Source: an uncultured Bacillales bacterium | Lineage (GTDB): Bacteria > Bacillota_I > Bacilli_A > RFN20 > CAG-826 | DNA length: 64,000 nt | NCBI GenBank assembly: GCA_946414655.1 | Contig: CAMKPL010000003.1 | Coordinates: 12,770-76,769 of the forward strand | Direction of reading: 5' to 3' | Notes under the pieces: model-generated | Databases searched by the model: none | Told to the model about the DNA's origin: nothing | The model's input: only the letters and a program-made list of their open reading frames with translations | Translations under genes and position numbers: made by a program | Shown here: positions 26,349 through 35,910 of the stretch, in pieces | Layout: each line of letters opens with the position of its first letter | Numbering within the stretch: the stretch's first letter is position 1

Positions 26349-27032
26349 TTATTCTTCTCCTTTCGGAAGACGTCTTAATTCAACATAAGCAAAGATTACC
26401 ATAATCATATAACAAATTGTTTTTGGAAGCATAAACATTCCAACCCAACTATTAGCGTTGGCAAAGAAAACGACCGGTAAATAGAATGCAAAAGATAAAG
26501 AAATTAGTAGCCAGAAATAACTCATCAATTTACGGTTTTTTAGTTTCTCTAAACAAAGAATGATAACGATTATTCCTAAGGCAACAAAAGGAAGATTTCT
26601 TAAGAACGCCCAGGTGAAATTATAAGAATTATCCGCCCATCCGTTTTGTGGGAATGCACATAAAACAACACGTGCAATAAATAAAGCTAATACACTGACA
26701 TCTACAAGATAATTACGTTTCTTACCTGTAAACAGGTAAATAAACCAATATAGAAGAACATAGAAAATCGACATTGTCACAGATGTAACCAATTTTCCTG
26801 TGCCTAAATCACGCGCTAAATCAGCAGATGGATGTTCTAACTCACCGGTAAATAATCCAATTGCTCTTGGGACAAGATGAAACGTATCACCAAAGACTAA
26901 AAACAAAAATGCAATACCTAAAACAATGAAACTTTTATGTTTCTTTGAATGCAAGATTATAAGAATGGAGAAAACTAGAGTTGAAACAAGATAGATTAGA
27001 TAGAATCCAGTTTCCATGTAAGCCCTCATCAC
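26349..27032 (-). CDS. Hypothetical membrane protein (about 7 TM)
   Basis: The 227-aa product is hydrophobic. Confidence 0.45.
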   Translation of the reverse strand: MMRAYMETGFYLIYLVSTLVFSILIILHSKKHKSFIVLGIAFLFLVFGDTFHLVPRAIGLFTGELEHPSADLARDLGTGKLVTSVTMSIFYVLLYWFIYLFTGKKRNYLVDVSVLALFIARVVLCAFPQNGWADNSYNFTWAFLRNLPFVALGIIVIILCLEKLKNRKLMSYFWLLISLSFAFYLPVVFFANANSWVGMFMLPKTICYMIMVIFAYVELRRLPKGEE

Positions 27033-27176
27033 GATATCTCCTTAACTATGTTAAAAGAATAATCACTACACTAATTAAAGTCAAACGATTATCGTTAGAG
27101 ATAACTAATCTTTTCTTGTTTATTTTGTTTATTTAAACAACTTTGTTATAATTTTCACGTTTTTAGAGGAACAAAT

Positions 27177-27509
27177 ATGACAGATGCAGTTATTTTTATA
27201 ATCCTTATGGTTGTTATTCATGTTCCAGTAGTTGGTTATGCCATCTATGGAGCAATCAAATTAGCAAAACTTAAGAAGGATCCAAACTATCGAGCAGAAG
27301 TAAAAAAGAAAGGTCCGCAACCAATCAAAATGGTTCCACCACTTGTTGGCTTTGCTGCAATGACTGTCATTGGTGCCCTTAACTTAGCTGGTGTGATGAG
27401 CTTTGGAACAGCAACACTTTTATACATGGGTGCACCACTATTTGTTCTTTGCTTAATTGGTCTTATTTTTATGATTATCAAAAGAAACAAAATTAAGAAT
27501 GGGAAATAG
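27177..27509 (+). CDS. Hypothetical small membrane protein (3 TM)
   Basis: The 110-aa product is preceded by an AGAGGA RBS and a TATAAT at 27140-27146. Confidence 0.5.
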   Translation: MTDAVIFIILMVVIHVPVVGYAIYGAIKLAKLKKDPNYRAEVKKKGPQPIKMVPPLVGFAAMTVIGALNLAGVMSFGTATLLYMGAPLFVLCLIGLIFMIIKRNKIKNGK

Positions 27510-27550
27510 AAATTATTTAGTTTTAACAAATAATTGATATAATTCAAAAT

Positions 27551-28375
27551 ATGAAAAATAAAAAAATTATTACAATGCAAGATATCTCCTGTTATGGACA
27601 ATGCTCCATTACAGTTGCTTTACCAGTTCTCTCTGCTTATGGATTTGAAACAGCGATTCTTCCAAGTGCGATTCTTTCCACTCACACCGCTGGATTTAAA
27701 GATTTCTTTGTCCATGATTTAAGTGATGATCTTCCAAAAATCATTGCTCACTGGAAAAAAGAAGGAATTAAATATGATGTTCTTTATTCCGGATATTTAG
27801 GCGATAATCGTCACTTCGAATATCTTTTAGATATTAAGAAGAACTTAATGAATAAGGATTCCTTATTTGTGATTGACCCAGTCATGGGCGATCACGGAAA
27901 GCTTTATCCAGCCTTTGGTCCAGATTATGTTGAACATATGAAAGCTGTCTTAAAAGAAGCAGACATTATTCTTCCAAACTTAACCGAAGCTTGCTTCCTA
28001 GCAAATAAGGAATACAAAGAAGAATATGATGAAACCTATATTAAAGACATTATTGCTGAACTTAAAAAAGTTGGAGCTAAGACTGTTGTTTTAACAGGTG
28101 TCTCTTATGAAAAAGGTAAAACTGGTGTCGTAATTGATGATGGAAAATACCGATACTATTGTCACGATAAGATTAATACTTCATTCCATGGAACAGGCGA
28201 TGTCTATTCATCCTCATTTATTGGAATGTATTTAAAGACAAACGACTTATTCTATTCCGCTAAATGTGCTGCTGATTTTGTTGTGGAATGTATTAAGAAA
28301 ACAATCGGCGATGACTCCCATTTATATGGAGTTAAATTCGAATCACTTCTAGCTGATTTTGTCTCTAAACACTAA
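27551..28375 (+). CDS. pdxK: Pyridoxal/pyridoxamine kinase (ribokinase superfamily)
   Basis: The 274-aa product has MQDISCYGQCS...LPVLSAYG and a ribokinase-like GTGD anion hole, typical of PdxK/PdxY. Confidence 0.75.
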   Translation: MKNKKIITMQDISCYGQCSITVALPVLSAYGFETAILPSAILSTHTAGFKDFFVHDLSDDLPKIIAHWKKEGIKYDVLYSGYLGDNRHFEYLLDIKKNLMNKDSLFVIDPVMGDHGKLYPAFGPDYVEHMKAVLKEADIILPNLTEACFLANKEYKEEYDETYIKDIIAELKKVGAKTVVLTGVSYEKGKTGVVIDDGKYRYYCHDKINTSFHGTGDVYSSSFIGMYLKTNDLFYSAKCAADFVVECIKKTIGDDSHLYGVKFESLLADFVSKH

Positions 28376-28392
28376 GAAGGAAAAACCATAAA

Positions 28393-28427
28393 AAAGTCGT
28401 CCAAAATCGGAACGACTTTTTTGTATA
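28393..28427 (+). terminator. Rho-independent terminator after pdxK
   Basis: aagtcgtcc-aaaatc-ggaacgactttttt. Confidence 0.5.
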
Positions 28428-28479
28428 AATATAGAGGTTTTGCTAGAAAATCACCAGCAATCTTTGGATAAAGCAAATA

Positions 28480-28503
28480 AAAAAGGCCACTTCGAGAGTG
28501 GCC
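28480..28503 (-). terminator. Rho-independent terminator after the MscS-family gene
   Basis: On the minus strand: ggccactctcgaagtggcc followed by TTTTTTATTT. Confidence 0.6.
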
Positions 28504-28526
28504 AAAATATATCATTGAGGTATTAG

Positions 28527-29636
28527 TTATTTTTTAATATCAATATCTTTGGAAAGTTCTTTTTGTTCTTCAGTAAATTCTTCGGCTTTCTTAATGGTCT
28601 TTTTAGTGACTGTAGCCTTGACATCATCTTCACCTTTGTGAATAACAACTTGTGGGAATGGAATTCCGATATTGTTATCATCAAAGAGGATTTTGATTTC
28701 ACGATTTAAATCACGTTGAACTTGATAAATGTCGCTTTCCTTACATTTAGCAACGAAGAGTAAATCAACTGAACTGGTGCCTAATTCAGCAACACCCTTG
28801 TAAAATGGTCCTTCAACAATGGCTGGAATCTTCTTACCGATGGCATCAATATTATCAGCAATAACTGCTTCAATGTTTTCAATACGATCTTCATATTTTG
28901 TCGAAACATAGCATTTTGCGATCGATAATTCTTTTGTTTGGTTAATAATGGAACGAATATCGCTGTTATTAACGATTTTGACGTTTCCACCAGCGTCAAT
29001 TAATTTGGTTGTACGAACTCCGATGCCCTGGACTTCACCTCTCCATCCATCAAGGATCACGATATCGCCGACTTGGAATTCACTTTCAAAAACAATAAAG
29101 ATACCCGCTAAGATATCAGCGACTAACGATTGTGAACCAAGACCTATAATAAGAGCAATGATACCAGCACCAGCAGCAGAGAATTCGCTGCTTAATCCAC
29201 ATGCAGAGAGAATGAGGAAGATAGCAATGATCACAACAACCCATTTTAAGAAGTTCACGATTAAGATGAACACTGTTGTGGTTTTTTGGCTTCCAACTTT
29301 TCTTACCTTACCGAGGTAATGTAAGAGAATGCCGATTGTGATGGCTACGCCAACAATAACAACAATCTTTAATGCAGCTGGAATAACATTTGTGAATAAA
29401 TTTTGCACAAATGTATTGTCGCTTACTTTGTTGTGGAAGAACGGTTCATAATCCCATACCACCGCTTTTGTAAGTGGATCAACATGAGAAACACCAAAGA
29501 TGCTCTTCCAAAACACAATAATAGTCGCAACACCGCCGACTAAGAGTGCGTAAAGAATCCATGAAATGAGGGTTCCTACTTTAAATTTTCCTTTTTGTTT
29601 TTTCATAAAAATACCTCCAGTATTTAAATTTATCAA
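28527..29636 (-). CDS. Mechanosensitive ion channel, MscS family
   Basis: The 369-aa product has TM helices and the conserved MscS beta-domain GDIVILDGWRGEVQGIGVRTTKL. Confidence 0.85.
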   Translation of the reverse strand: MINLNTGGIFMKKQKGKFKVGTLISWILYALLVGGVATIIVFWKSIFGVSHVDPLTKAVVWDYEPFFHNKVSDNTFVQNLFTNVIPAALKIVVIVGVAITIGILLHYLGKVRKVGSQKTTTVFILIVNFLKWVVVIIAIFLILSACGLSSEFSAAGAGIIALIIGLGSQSLVADILAGIFIVFESEFQVGDIVILDGWRGEVQGIGVRTTKLIDAGGNVKIVNNSDIRSIINQTKELSIAKCYVSTKYEDRIENIEAVIADNIDAIGKKIPAIVEGPFYKGVAELGTSSVDLLFVAKCKESDIYQVQRDLNREIKILFDDNNIGIPFPQVVIHKGEDDVKATVTKKTIKKAEEFTEEQKELSKDIDIKK

Positions 29637-32600
29637 TCTAAGAAGGTGAAGGATGCACCTTCTATAATTGTTAATTGTGATGAAGTGCCTTCTATGCGAA
29701 CATTGAATGTTTTGGTATCAAAGACTTGTTTAAATTCATAATAGTCTGTAAATGACTGACCATCAATTAAGTAAAGAGTGTATTCAAGTTGAGCAGAGGC
29801 TTTATTAACATACAAATCAAATGTGTAAGGTGTGCCATCACAGTCAAAGACAATCTTAAAATTGCTTTGTGAATCACCATAAACATCAACAAGGATAAAG
29901 TTAACTGAACAATCACCAGAACTTAGTTCAAGATCAGAAGAGAGTTTAGCCGAGTAAACAATGTTTGTTGAAGCTTCGGAAATTTGAGTTTGTGGTGCTC
30001 TTCCAATAATTTCACTTGTATCATTGGCCGGAGCAACGGTAATGTCGTATGTTTCACTCTCGTCTAATTGGAAATTATTAAAGACAGCGTATTGGTAATC
30101 AGTTGTATAATCTAAAGACGCTGTATAAATATCATTAATACTTAAGATAAATCCACCTTTACATGTTTTACCTGGATCATCATATTCTAATTGAATAGGT
30201 AAGACAAATACTCCATCGGTATCATTAGTCATACCGATAAAACTATTTTGTGAGAGATTAACCTCTGGGTATGAATCAATGTTATTAAATGTCACATTTC
30301 CGCCGACATCAGAAATGACCACTTGTGAATTTAAAATATCAAATGATTTAATTTGGTCGATATCAAATTCATATTCAGTGTCCGAAGACATTGGGATTGT
30401 AATGGTTTGATTAGCGGTTGTAGATTGAAGTGAAATTGGTGAGCCAAGATATACTTTATTATCGTCATTATAGTCACCATCATAGAATTGAATAGTGAGG
30501 TTTTCGAAAACTGGATAATATGAATCATCTTCATAATCGAGTGATAATTCAATTTCATGATTAGCAAAGCTAATATCATGAGTAAAGTTCACTCCATTAA
30601 ATTGGAAGCTGATTGGATTTGTCGAAACCTCGGTCGTGTCTAACACTTCACCATTGTATGTCACAGTACAAGTAAATAAAGTCTCAGGTTCAACGCCTGT
30701 TAATTCGAAATAACCATCACAGTATTGGCTGTCAGTAGAACTTATTGTTAGTTCATTACAGGTGATTTCTGTTATATCCGCGGATGATTGTGAACTAAAT
30801 GAAGCGAGTAGTTTTGCTTTTGCATCTTCTGGGTCAGTATCATATTCAATATAATCACGTTTCACAGTGAAATTGACTTTAGCACTACCAGAGGTAGTTT
30901 CAATTTCTTTAAAACTAAATCCACTTGGACTTTCTTCTGTTGTGAAATTATAAGTACCAGCTAGTTTATCAGCACCATCTTTCATCACATATACACCAAA
31001 GATATATTTTGTTGAGGCGGTTAAATTATTAATTGTAACGCTGTATTGTGTTTTTCCTGTACTCGCTTCTTGGCTAACTTCTTCACATGTTCCACGACCA
31101 GTAATTTGTCCTGAAGGAGTTGCGACAACACCAGTCACTGTTGAACCGGTTGGAACATATGCTGTATCTAAGTAGAAAACAAAGGTCACATTAGTCGCAC
31201 CAACTGTTTCCTCGTAGATTCCAAATGAACTATCTTCGCCAGTTGTCGAAACAATTTCCGACCCATAAATGGTTTCGGTTGAATTATTTCTTACAGAAAT
31301 AGTGTATTCAATATGGGAATCTAGATTTGTAAATGAATAGCGAGCAAATAATCGTCCATCGCCTTGGTCCTCGAAACTAGAATAAGGAATAACGTATTGT
31401 TCAGAATAACCTAAACCTCCCTCGATAATCATGGCAATGTTTGTATCGTCACTTGTCGCTGAACGTTCTACCTCAGCGGCATCAATATAAAATGGGAGGT
31501 CGAGATGGTCATCTCCAATATCGAAAAGTGTCGAATCAGCAAATTCAAATTGCAAAACACCGCCAGTTGTAAATTCTTTTGAACCAAGAATCTCTCCATC
31601 TGAAGATGATGTTTTATAATAATGGATTTCAAGGCTTAGTGTCTTTCCATTTGGAAGATCGGCAACAAAACCAGTACCAACAGCATATTTGCTATCATAA
31701 GAACTTATTTGAACTTGCGCATCAGCGATGATTTCTCCCTCGGAAGAAACGCATGCAATAACTTCAGGCGATGTTTCACCTTCAACATAACCGATATAAT
31801 CCTTAAGAACAGAGATTGTGAATGTTACACCACCATCTTCTGGACGAACGAGTTGGAAATTAAATCCGCTTGATTTTGTTTTTACTTTTGTTTCACCAAG
31901 TGTTTTCAGTTCTTGTTCAAGAGATACTTTAACTGTAAGAGTGTATTCGGTGTCTTTTTCTAAGCCACTGAAATCACCTTGTGTAAAGAGATCATCCTCA
32001 TCATATTCAATGACTTCTTCGGCCCAGCATTCATCATAGAAACCATCTGGTCCAGAAAGACAGAATTGAATTGGAGCAGTTCGTGTTGGATCGTATTCAG
32101 CAGCTTCTTTATCAATAAGTAATTCAAAGTGGACGTTATCGTATCCAGCATCAAGGGTAGAGAATGTAACATCTGGTTTAGTAACAACAATTTCATATGA
32201 AGTTGATTGAGAAATGTCTCCTTCAGAATATGAAACAGTTACTGTTTGATTACCACCTTTAGAGAGATCATAACCAGAGAAGTTGACATCTGTAACTTCT
32301 TTTGAGGACGAATCAGAATAGTAAGCGACAACAGTGCCTCCAAAGACAAATTCATCGCCGACTTTAAACTCGGTTTTTGGGTTACTAACTTCAATACGAT
32401 CAAGAAGAATAACAACTGGTTCTTCTCCACTTGGTTTAGTCGTAAAGTTACGGGTAGCTAGTTCTAAATAATTTGGTTGTTCGAAAGATGGACTTTCTTC
32501 TTTAACATACAATGTTAAAGCATAACTAGTATTTGGTAATAAATCCTTAATTGAAGCAGTATATTCGAAAGTGTTTTCATCAACTTCAACATATTCAACC

Positions 32601-33202
32601 AAATAATCTTCCACTTTAAATCCGTCTGAATTTTCAATTAAATAAACAACGGTCTTTTCGCTTTCTACTTCTTCAACATCTTCTTCTTTATTTTCATTTG
32701 GTAAAAGTAAGTTAGAAGACATGCGGAATGAAAAATCAACACTATTGGATGTGATTTCACTCGAAGTAAAGACAATTAGTTCCTCTTTAGCAACTTCTTC
32801 ATGGAGAACGGAGATACCGGCAGCACCACCGACAGCGACGACAGCTGCAACTGCAACAGTAGTAATTGTGGCTCCAATACTTGAAGAAGCAGCCGCACCA
32901 CTTGCAGCACCACTTGAAGTAGCGCTAGCACCACTAGAGGCGCTTGATACGCTTGAAGTAGAAGAAGATGAGCTTTCAACTTGTTCGGCTTCTTGTTTTT
33001 TCTCTTCTTGTTCTTTCGTGCTCTTTAAAAGATTATCTTCAACTTTGTCATTAACAACAGAGTTATCGTTTAATTCGTCTTTGATTGGATTCTTATTTTC
33101 AGGTTGAAAAGAGTACTCAACATTTTGAGCTTTTCCGTATTCGTAATTAGGATTCTTTCCTTCGTTAGATACTTTAACGAAGTTGAATTCGTTGTTTTTC
33201 AC
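29633..33202 (-). CDS. Large membrane-anchored surface protein (1189 aa, type II topology) with repeated beta-rich modules
   Basis: A cytoplasmic N-terminus is followed by a Ser/Ala low-complexity tract, one TM helix (IGATITTVAVAAVVAVGGAAGISVL) and about 1050 aa of Thr/Ser-rich extracellular sequence. Motifs such as LYVKEESP...NFTTKPSG and YVMKDG...YNFTTEESPSG recur. The stop overlaps the mscS start by 4 nt. Confidence 0.7.
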   Translation of the reverse strand: MKNNEFNFVKVSNEGKNPNYEYGKAQNVEYSFQPENKNPIKDELNDNSVVNDKVEDNLLKSTKEQEEKKQEAEQVESSSSSTSSVSSASSGASATSSGAASGAAASSSIGATITTVAVAAVVAVGGAAGISVLHEEVAKEELIVFTSSEITSNSVDFSFRMSSNLLLPNENKEEDVEEVESEKTVVYLIENSDGFKVEDYLVEYVEVDENTFEYTASIKDLLPNTSYALTLYVKEESPSFEQPNYLELATRNFTTKPSGEEPVVILLDRIEVSNPKTEFKVGDEFVFGGTVVAYYSDSSSKEVTDVNFSGYDLSKGGNQTVTVSYSEGDISQSTSYEIVVTKPDVTFSTLDAGYDNVHFELLIDKEAAEYDPTRTAPIQFCLSGPDGFYDECWAEEVIEYDEDDLFTQGDFSGLEKDTEYTLTVKVSLEQELKTLGETKVKTKSSGFNFQLVRPEDGGVTFTISVLKDYIGYVEGETSPEVIACVSSEGEIIADAQVQISSYDSKYAVGTGFVADLPNGKTLSLEIHYYKTSSSDGEILGSKEFTTGGVLQFEFADSTLFDIGDDHLDLPFYIDAAEVERSATSDDTNIAMIIEGGLGYSEQYVIPYSSFEDQGDGRLFARYSFTNLDSHIEYTISVRNNSTETIYGSEIVSTTGEDSSFGIYEETVGATNVTFVFYLDTAYVPTGSTVTGVVATPSGQITGRGTCEEVSQEASTGKTQYSVTINNLTASTKYIFGVYVMKDGADKLAGTYNFTTEESPSGFSFKEIETTSGSAKVNFTVKRDYIEYDTDPEDAKAKLLASFSSQSSADITEITCNELTISSTDSQYCDGYFELTGVEPETLFTCTVTYNGEVLDTTEVSTNPISFQFNGVNFTHDISFANHEIELSLDYEDDSYYPVFENLTIQFYDGDYNDDNKVYLGSPISLQSTTANQTITIPMSSDTEYEFDIDQIKSFDILNSQVVISDVGGNVTFNNIDSYPEVNLSQNSFIGMTNDTDGVFVLPIQLEYDDPGKTCKGGFILSINDIYTASLDYTTDYQYAVFNNFQLDESETYDITVAPANDTSEIIGRAPQTQISEASTNIVYSAKLSSDLELSSGDCSVNFILVDVYGDSQSNFKIVFDCDGTPYTFDLYVNKASAQLEYTLYLIDGQSFTDYYEFKQVFDTKTFNVRIEGTSSQLTIIEGASFTFLD

Positions 33203-33284
33203 AATGAATAGATTACGGGATTTTTGCTTTCTTGTAAAGAAAACAACATTCTTTTAATAATTGGAACAATATCATTTCTAGTTT

Positions 33285-33330
33285 AAAAAAAGAAAAAATC
33301 ATCTACAATTTGCGGATGATTTATTTCTAT
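33285..33330 (-). terminator. Rho-independent terminator after ppa
   Basis: On the minus strand: aaatcatc-cgcaaattgta-gatgattt followed by TTTCTTTTTTT. Confidence 0.5.
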
Positions 33331-33381
33331 ACTTTTATTTGTTTTAACCAGGATTTGCTGGTAATTTTTAGCAATTCTCGG

Positions 33382-33942
33382 TTAATTTTGCTTTACTTTA
33401 TAATCGTAATTTTTGTTTGGGAATTTTTTCTCGTAAGCCTTAATGCAAGCTTCGATGACTTCCATGGCAATAGCTTTACCATGAATCTTATCAACAACAG
33501 TCTCTTTTCCTTCAAGTTCTTTATAAACTTTAAAGAAGTGTTGGATTTCTTTGAGGATGTGATCTGGAACTTGTTTGATATCTTGGAAAGAATTGAAGAC
33601 TGGGTCATTTTTCGCAATAGCGATAATCTTTGTATCAACTTCTCCAGAATCGGTCATTTCGAGCATTCCAATTGGGAAACATTCAACTAAAGCGAGTGGA
33701 ACGATTGGTTCAGAGCATAAGACTAATACATCAAGTGGGTCTCCATCACCAGCATAAGTTTTTGGAATAAATCCATAGTTATGTGGATAGTGGGTTGATG
33801 TGTATAAAACACGGTCTAAAATTAATGCTCCGGAATATTTATCTAATTCATATTTATTTTTTGATCCCTTAGAAATTTCAATACAAGCAAGGAAATTCGA
33901 AGGGGTGATGCGACTTGGGTCAGCACGATGCCATATGTTCAT
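33382..33942 (-). CDS. ppa: Inorganic pyrophosphatase (family I)
   Basis: The 186-aa product has the DGDPLDVLVL signature and an E..K.KYE...G substrate-binding region. Confidence 0.9.
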   Translation of the reverse strand: MNIWHRADPSRITPSNFLACIEISKGSKNKYELDKYSGALILDRVLYTSTHYPHNYGFIPKTYAGDGDPLDVLVLCSEPIVPLALVECFPIGMLEMTDSGEVDTKIIAIAKNDPVFNSFQDIKQVPDHILKEIQHFFKVYKELEGKETVVDKIHGKAIAMEVIEACIKAYEKKFPNKNYDYKVKQN

Positions 33943-34008
33943 AATTAAAACCTCTTTTAGATTTTAGCATATCTAAAACAATTCGGTTAAATTATTGGAG
34001 AATTGCGG

Positions 34009-34974
34009 TTATTTTTCACTCTTTTCAACTTTATAGCGATGAAAAGGAATGTATTTATAAACTTGACCAATATAGTCTTGATAAAGTGGGTATTTCGAAC
34101 TGGAAATTGATTCAGCTAAGGTTGATGAGCCAGAGAAAAGAAGAATCAAGAATAAAGGACCAATAATGGACCAGTGGAAGATTCCGTTCACTGCCACACC
34201 AGCACCAATAGTCATAATATAAAGCGAAATCCAGATACCTTGTTCGCCAAGATAATTTGGGTGTCTCATTCTGCCCCATAAACCAACGGTGTTAAATCCG
34301 AGATTATATGGATCTTCTAGTTCTTCTAGAGTCTTTCCTTCTTTAAGAAGGGATTTCTTTGTTTCATGGAATTTCCATTGTTCTTCATCAGCAATTGTTT
34401 CAATTAAGACAAAGCAAAGCGCTAATCCAGCAGCAACAAAATCCCATACGCCAAAGGCGGCTGGACTATCCATCACCGCTAAAGCTGGGAATGTGATTGC
34501 TAAAACAATTGCGTTTTGATAGATAGAAATAAAGAATAAGTTAAACATTGACCAGGCAATATTCTTTTTAAAGAATTTTGATCCATGGACAATTTTCCAG
34601 CGATAATCTTCTTCACCTTGCCAGAATTTCCAGGTGTAAGCGCCTTTTCGGCCAAAGTTAATCGTTAAACGAATGCCCCAAATAGTAGCAATCACCGCAT
34701 AAACAATTAAACGTAAATCAAATCCACCCTTGGCGCAGATGACCCAGGAATAAGCAATTGGAAGTAGACTCCAAAGTTTATCCATCTGGGAGTAGTTGTG
34801 GGTGAGTTCACCAACAACAAAGACATAAAACATACTTGCACCACAGATGATTAAAAGAATAATCATTGTTTCGGATTGGTTTTGACTTAAGTGTAAATCA
34901 CTAAAGACAAGTGAGAGAATTGACAATGTCAATATAACAATGACAGAGATAACGGTCGGTAAATATTTTTTCAT
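34009..34974 (-). CDS. DUF1295/ICMT-like membrane methyltransferase-family protein
   Basis: About 8 TM segments are followed by a C-terminal RMRHPNYLGEQGIW motif, as in isoprenylcysteine carboxyl methyltransferase / steroid 5-alpha-reductase-like families. Confidence 0.5.
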   Translation of the reverse strand: MKKYLPTVISVIVILTLSILSLVFSDLHLSQNQSETMIILLIICGASMFYVFVVGELTHNYSQMDKLWSLLPIAYSWVICAKGGFDLRLIVYAVIATIWGIRLTINFGRKGAYTWKFWQGEEDYRWKIVHGSKFFKKNIAWSMFNLFFISIYQNAIVLAITFPALAVMDSPAAFGVWDFVAAGLALCFVLIETIADEEQWKFHETKKSLLKEGKTLEELEDPYNLGFNTVGLWGRMRHPNYLGEQGIWISLYIMTIGAGVAVNGIFHWSIIGPLFLILLFSGSSTLAESISSSKYPLYQDYIGQVYKYIPFHRYKVEKSEK

Positions 34975-35000
34975 AAGTTCATCCTTCTAAGTATTGATTA

Positions 35001-35032
35001 TAAAAGAAAAAAGTTAGTTAATCATAACTAAC
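35001..35032 (-). terminator. Rho-independent terminator after thiF
   Basis: On the minus strand: gttagtta-tgat-taactaac followed by TTTTTTCTTTT. Confidence 0.55.
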
Positions 35033-35033
35033 C

Positions 35034-35720
35034 TTATATCTTCATTTGACCGAGTTTGTTTTCTTTCGCATCAAAGTAATAAAGAACATCACTTGGTGCA
35101 TCACCAACTAGATAGTTGATGAGATACATACTTGCTAAGGAAGCAACAGTTCCAACCATTGGACCCATCACTCCATCACGAGGTTCTTTTTTGATACTAT
35201 TATCAAAGACATCAGATAATGACTTCTCTTTAAATAGACAATATTGTCCGCGATTTCCATCAACTCCAATGTGAAGAAGAGGAATATTGTGTTTCTTGGC
35301 TAAATCACCTAAAACAAGTTTTGTTGGCCAGTTATCCACCGCATCGATAATTAAATCAATCTTTTCCACCATCGAATCAGCATTCTCGGCAGTGACTTTC
35401 ATATTGCGAGCATAAATCTCGATTTCGCTATTCTTTTTAATTAGTTCAGCTAAGACAACATCGCTTTTTAGTTTTCCAACATCTTCTTCTTTTAGAAGAA
35501 TTTGTCGATTGAGATTTGATAATTCGACCTTATCGTAATCGACAATAACTAGATGTTGGATCCCGTTTGTCACTAAACAAGTCGCGACGTATTGACCAAC
35601 TCCACCAACACCAACAAGTAAAATACGCTTCTTTGATAGAAGTTCTAATTTCTCTTTACTAAAAGTAGAGAGCTCTAAAAGACGGTCATAGCGAGACATC
35701 TTATCCACCGCCTCGAACAT
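35034..35720 (-). CDS. thiF: ThiF/MoeB/HesA-family E1-like adenylyltransferase (short form, no rhodanese domain)
   Basis: The 228-aa product has the nucleotide-binding loop ILLVGVGGVGQY and the DYDKVELSNLNRQ motif. Confidence 0.8.
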   Translation of the reverse strand: MFEAVDKMSRYDRLLELSTFSKEKLELLSKKRILLVGVGGVGQYVATCLVTNGIQHLVIVDYDKVELSNLNRQILLKEEDVGKLKSDVVLAELIKKNSEIEIYARNMKVTAENADSMVEKIDLIIDAVDNWPTKLVLGDLAKKHNIPLLHIGVDGNRGQYCLFKEKSLSDVFDNSIKKEPRDGVMGPMVGTVASLASMYLINYLVGDAPSDVLYYFDAKENKLGQMKI

Positions 35721-35907
35721 AAATTAGTTCAATCACATCTCCGTCATTTAAAACGTGCTCTTTAAATTTAGCACGTGGAACAAATGTTCCATTGACGGAG
35801 ATTACCAGCCAAGGGACGGCTTCAACGTTTCTATAATCTAAAAGATCTTGGATCGTCATTCCTTCTTTATATTCGTTAGATAAACATGAATCAACTTTTA
35901 GATGCAT
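35701..35907 (-). CDS. thiS: ThiS/MoaD-like sulfur-carrier protein
   Basis: The 68-aa product has a beta-grasp pattern and a C-terminal ...IELIYVRGGG Gly tail. It overlaps thiF by 20 nt. Confidence 0.7.
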   Translation of the reverse strand: MHLKVDSCLSNEYKEGMTIQDLLDYRNVEAVPWLVISVNGTFVPRAKFKEHVLNDGDVIELIYVRGGG

Positions 35908-35910
35908 AAA

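Noticed and set aside
32721-33107. The 128-aa plus-strand ORF and the 67-aa minus-strand ORF (32776-32979) rich in Ala/Leu/Gln.
   Set aside because: They are antisense or out-of-frame translations of the Ser/Ala low-complexity tract of the large surface protein and have no independent signals.
35013-35032. The palindrome GTTAGTTA-ATCA-TAACTAAC as a fourth metal-regulator operator.
   Set aside because: The arms differ from the GTTAGG/CCTAAC boxes. It is followed by a T-run on the minus strand directly after the thiF stop. It is better explained as an intrinsic terminator.
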